From assembly GCA_002269645.1 (NCBI GenBank), contig NIVC01003210.1:47167-111166 (forward strand): a stretch of 64,000 bases of DNA, read 5' to 3'. The stretch is from Macrostomum lignano (taxonomy: Eukaryota). Made by a program: the position numbers and the translations under genes. The notes under the pieces are model-generated. The model was not told the origin of the DNA, made no database searches, and saw only the letters and a program-made list of their open reading frames with translations. This document shows, in pieces, positions 60,847 through 64,000 of this stretch (positions within the stretch are counted from its first letter, which is position 1; each line of letters begins with the position of its first letter).

Positions 60847-63800
60847 TCAAGGCATCTTCTCCGCCGCTTTCGTTAGCAACTCGTTCAACCGATCGATCAT
60901 CGCCCTGGGATCTTCCAGCACCCCGGCAATGGTGAGCGCATTGTCGCACAACTGCAGAGCGAATAATTTAGCCAGATCCGGATCGCCCGTTCGCATGATT
61001 GACAGCTTGCGGATTAGCGGGTGCTTAGCGTTGATCTCCAGCACCGGCTCCATCAGGCGAAGGCGCTCCTCGGCTGGCCTAGCATGGAATTACAAATTGA
61101 ATTTTTATTGTTACCTATTATATTTAGAATAAAGATACGGCGCTGTGCGCTAACAGCCTACTGTAAGTAGAAATAAAAACATTTCGCTAGTAAATAGACA
61201 GTTTAGCTTATAGGCCTACGGTAGCAGAAACTGTATTCATAATAGCATACTATACTCTCCAACACTCTAATAATATTATCCTACCATGAAATCTACTACC
61301 CTAACATACCATAAAAACTACTACCCTAACCTCCATGAATGCATGAAACCTACTACCTAAACCTACCATATAACCTACTACCCTAACCTAACATGAAACC
61401 TACTACCCAAACCTACCATGAAACCTACTACCCTAACCTACCATGAAGCCTACTACCCTAACCTACCATGAAGCCTACCACCCTAACTTACCATGAAACC
61501 TACTACCCTAACCTACCATGAAGCCTACCACCCTAACCTACCATGAAGCCTACTACCCAAACCTACCATGAAACCTACTACCCTAACCTACCATGAAGCC
61601 TACTACCCTAACCTACCATGAAGCCTACTACCCAAACCTACCATGAAACCTACTACCCTAACCTACCATGAAGCCTACTACCCTAACCTACCATGAAGCC
61701 TACCACCCTAACTTACCATGAAACTTACTACCCTAACCTACCATGAAGCCTACCACCCTAACTTACCATGAAACCTACTACCCTAACCTACCATGAAGCC
61801 TACCACCCTAACCTACCATGAAGCCTACTACCCTAACCTAACATAAAACCTACTACCCTAACCTACCATGAAGCCTACCACCCTAACCTACCATGAAGCC
61901 TACAACTCTAACCTACCATGAAAACGACCACCCTAACCTACCATGAAACCTACATGTACTACCCTAACCTACCATGAAACCTACATGTACTACCCTAACC
62001 TACCATGAAACCTACATGTACTACCCTAACCTACATGAAACCTACATGTACTACCCTACCTACATGTACTACCCTAACCTACCATGAAACCTACATGTAC
62101 TACCCTAACCTGCCATGAAACCTACTACCCTAACCTACCATGAAGCCTACTACCCTAACCTTCCATGAAAACGACCACCCTAACCTACCATGAAACCTAC
62201 TACCCTAACCTACTACCCTAACCTACCATGAAACCTACATGTACTACCTTAACCTACCATGAAATCTACATGTACTACCCTAACCTACCATGAAACCTAC
62301 ATGTACCCTAACCTCCCATGAAACCTACTACTCTAACCTACCATGAAACCTACTACCAAAACCTACCATGAAACTTACTACCTCAACCTACCATAAAACC
62401 TACTACCCTAACCTACTACCCTAACCTACCATGAAACCTACTACCCAACCTGCCATGAAACCTACTACTCTAACCTACCATGAAACCTACTACCAAAACC
62501 TACCATTAAACCTACTACCCTACCCTTAACATACCATGAAACCTACTAACATACCCAAACCTACCATAAAACCTATTTACCCTACCCAACTCACCTATCG
62601 TGCATTGTAGTCCTAAGCAGGTGTCTAACAGCGCCCAGATCTTTAATACACACAACGCAAGGATGAGTAGTCAGCCGATTAGTCGGCTTCACTAATTTCA
62701 CTCGGCCAGCTAGAGCTGTAGTCATAAACGAGGACAGATCGTTGGCGTCGCGTTCAGATAAACGATTGTCCCCAGCACTGTCATGCTGTTCGCTATCAGC
62801 ATCCGGTTTGGTGCTTGTCTCATCTTTGCTGGCATTATCATCATCGCTAGCAGATCTTGACGCTTCATTCTCAACAGATTGCAACTGTTTGCCGGCAAAT
62901 TGGCCCAACTGCATCAGCACCAATTCGTCGTAGGGTTCGTACAGGAAAATTACTTCCAGATTGCGATGGCGAACGGCCTCAAGGTAGGGCGAAGTCTCCG
63001 CCAGCTGCCGGCTGGGAGCGCTAAGGAACAGAATATTACGCGAGCTGGCGTCCTGGCGGGCCACGTATTCTGATAGAGAAGTCAGCTGGCCCGGTTGCTG
63101 GGCAGAGGTTTCGAATCTCAATAAGTCAGCGATTTTCTCTCTCTCAGCCTGGTCCTGGGTGGTGACGATGCCTTCTTTGAGGAATAGGCCGAAGTCGCGT
63201 GGAAGCCGGCGTACCTGCGGAGGGGCGATTCTCAGTAAGCTTCAGGGGCGATTCTCAATCTGCTTCAGGGGCGATTTCTCAGTCTGCTTCATGGGCGATA
63301 TCTCAGTGTGCTGCAGGGGTGATTCTCAGTGTACTTTTACAGGGGGAATTCTCAGTGTGCTTCAGGGGCGATTCTCAGTGTGCTTCATGGGCGATATCTC
63401 AGTGTGCTTCAGGGGCGATTCTCAGTCTGCTTCATGGGCGATATCTCAGTGAGCTTCAGGGCGATTCTCAGTCTGCTTCATGGGCGATATCTCAGTGTGC
63501 TTCAGGGGCGATTCTCAGTGTGCTTCAGGGCGATTCTTAGTCTGCTTCATGGCCGATTCTCAGTGTGCTTCAGGGGCGATTTTCAGTCTGCTTCATGGGC
63601 GATATCTCAGTGTGCTGCAGGGGTGATTCTCAGTGTACTTTTACAGGGGTATTCTCAGTGTACTTCAGGGGCGATTCTCAGTGTACTTTTAGGGGCGATT
63701 GTCAGTGTACTTCAGGGGCGATTGTCAGTGTACTTCAGGGGCGATTGTCAGTATACTTCAGGGGCGATTCTCAGTGTACTTCAGGGGCGATTCTCAGTGT

Positions 63801-64000
63801 GCTTCAGGAGCAAAATTTCATAATTCAAAGCCGGGGGATTTAAAAGCATCAACGGCCATCAACTAACTCACTTCTCAGCATCTTCTTACCTGCTCGCTAA
63901 GAAACCGAATAACACGCCAGTCAGTGCCAGGTTAATCCTTCTAATCAGCCTGCTGTCCTGCAGCAGCTCTCTGCTGAGGTTTAGCGGTACATCTTCCGAG
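60847..64000 (-). CDS. TRAP1: TRAP1 / mitochondrial HSP75 (HSP90 family), 3' portion running off the window end; exons >63872-64000, 62595-63214, 60847-61078; four apparent 1-nt deletions as written
   Basis: SEDVPLNLSRELLQDS, DFGLFLKEGIVT, LLRFETS, SLSEYVAR, LAETSPYLEA, LYEPYDELVLMQL, RLTTHPCVV, PVLEINAKHPLI, DNALTIAGVLEDPRAMIDRLNELL are colinear with TRAP1. Confidence 0.92.
61290..62590. repeat. 25-bp minisatellite (ctactaccctaacctaccatgaaac) filling the last TRAP1 intron
   Basis: Direct periodicity. Confidence 0.93.
63222..63810. repeat. 23-bp minisatellite (gattctcagtgtgcttcaggggc) in a TRAP1 intron, abutting the acceptor
   Basis: Direct periodicity. Confidence 0.92.

Noticed and set aside
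57528-63843. RQTD, LLSTTLP and GAILSV ORFs, and + strand ORFs over DTYMK and TRAP1
   Set aside because: Repeat translations or antisense shadows of real exons

Overview
Eukaryotic (animal) genomic DNA with GC-rich exons and repeat-filled introns. The style suggests a free-living flatworm such as Macrostomum, but that is inference. Ten spliced protein-coding genes can be reconstructed by hand: an IRF-family transcription factor (+), carboxypeptidase Q (-), three tandem GT32/SUR1-OCH1-type DxD glycosyltransferases (-), RPL8 (+), a SoxB-like HMG factor (+), an innexin (-), thymidylate kinase (-) and the 3' part of TRAP1 (-, with apparent 1-nt deletions). The first intron of the third glycosyltransferase is about 12 kb. 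It holds a promoter-like cassette and an hAT-type MITE, inside which sits a head-to-tail trimer of non-autonomous Helitrons, each unit carrying a different 23-24 bp satellite. The 31.4-40 kb interval is a transposon graveyard: a young Tc1 deletion derivative, a Crypton-like tyrosine recombinase relic, an RTE LINE tail, an isolated 64-bp 28S rRNA fragment centred on the R2/Pokey target site, a Tc1 DD34E fossil and a CORE-SINE. About 25 mini/microsatellite arrays are present, many seeded at splice sites or start codons. Most long ORFs in the supplied track are repeat artefacts. No CRISPR array and no intact tRNA or rRNA gene was found.
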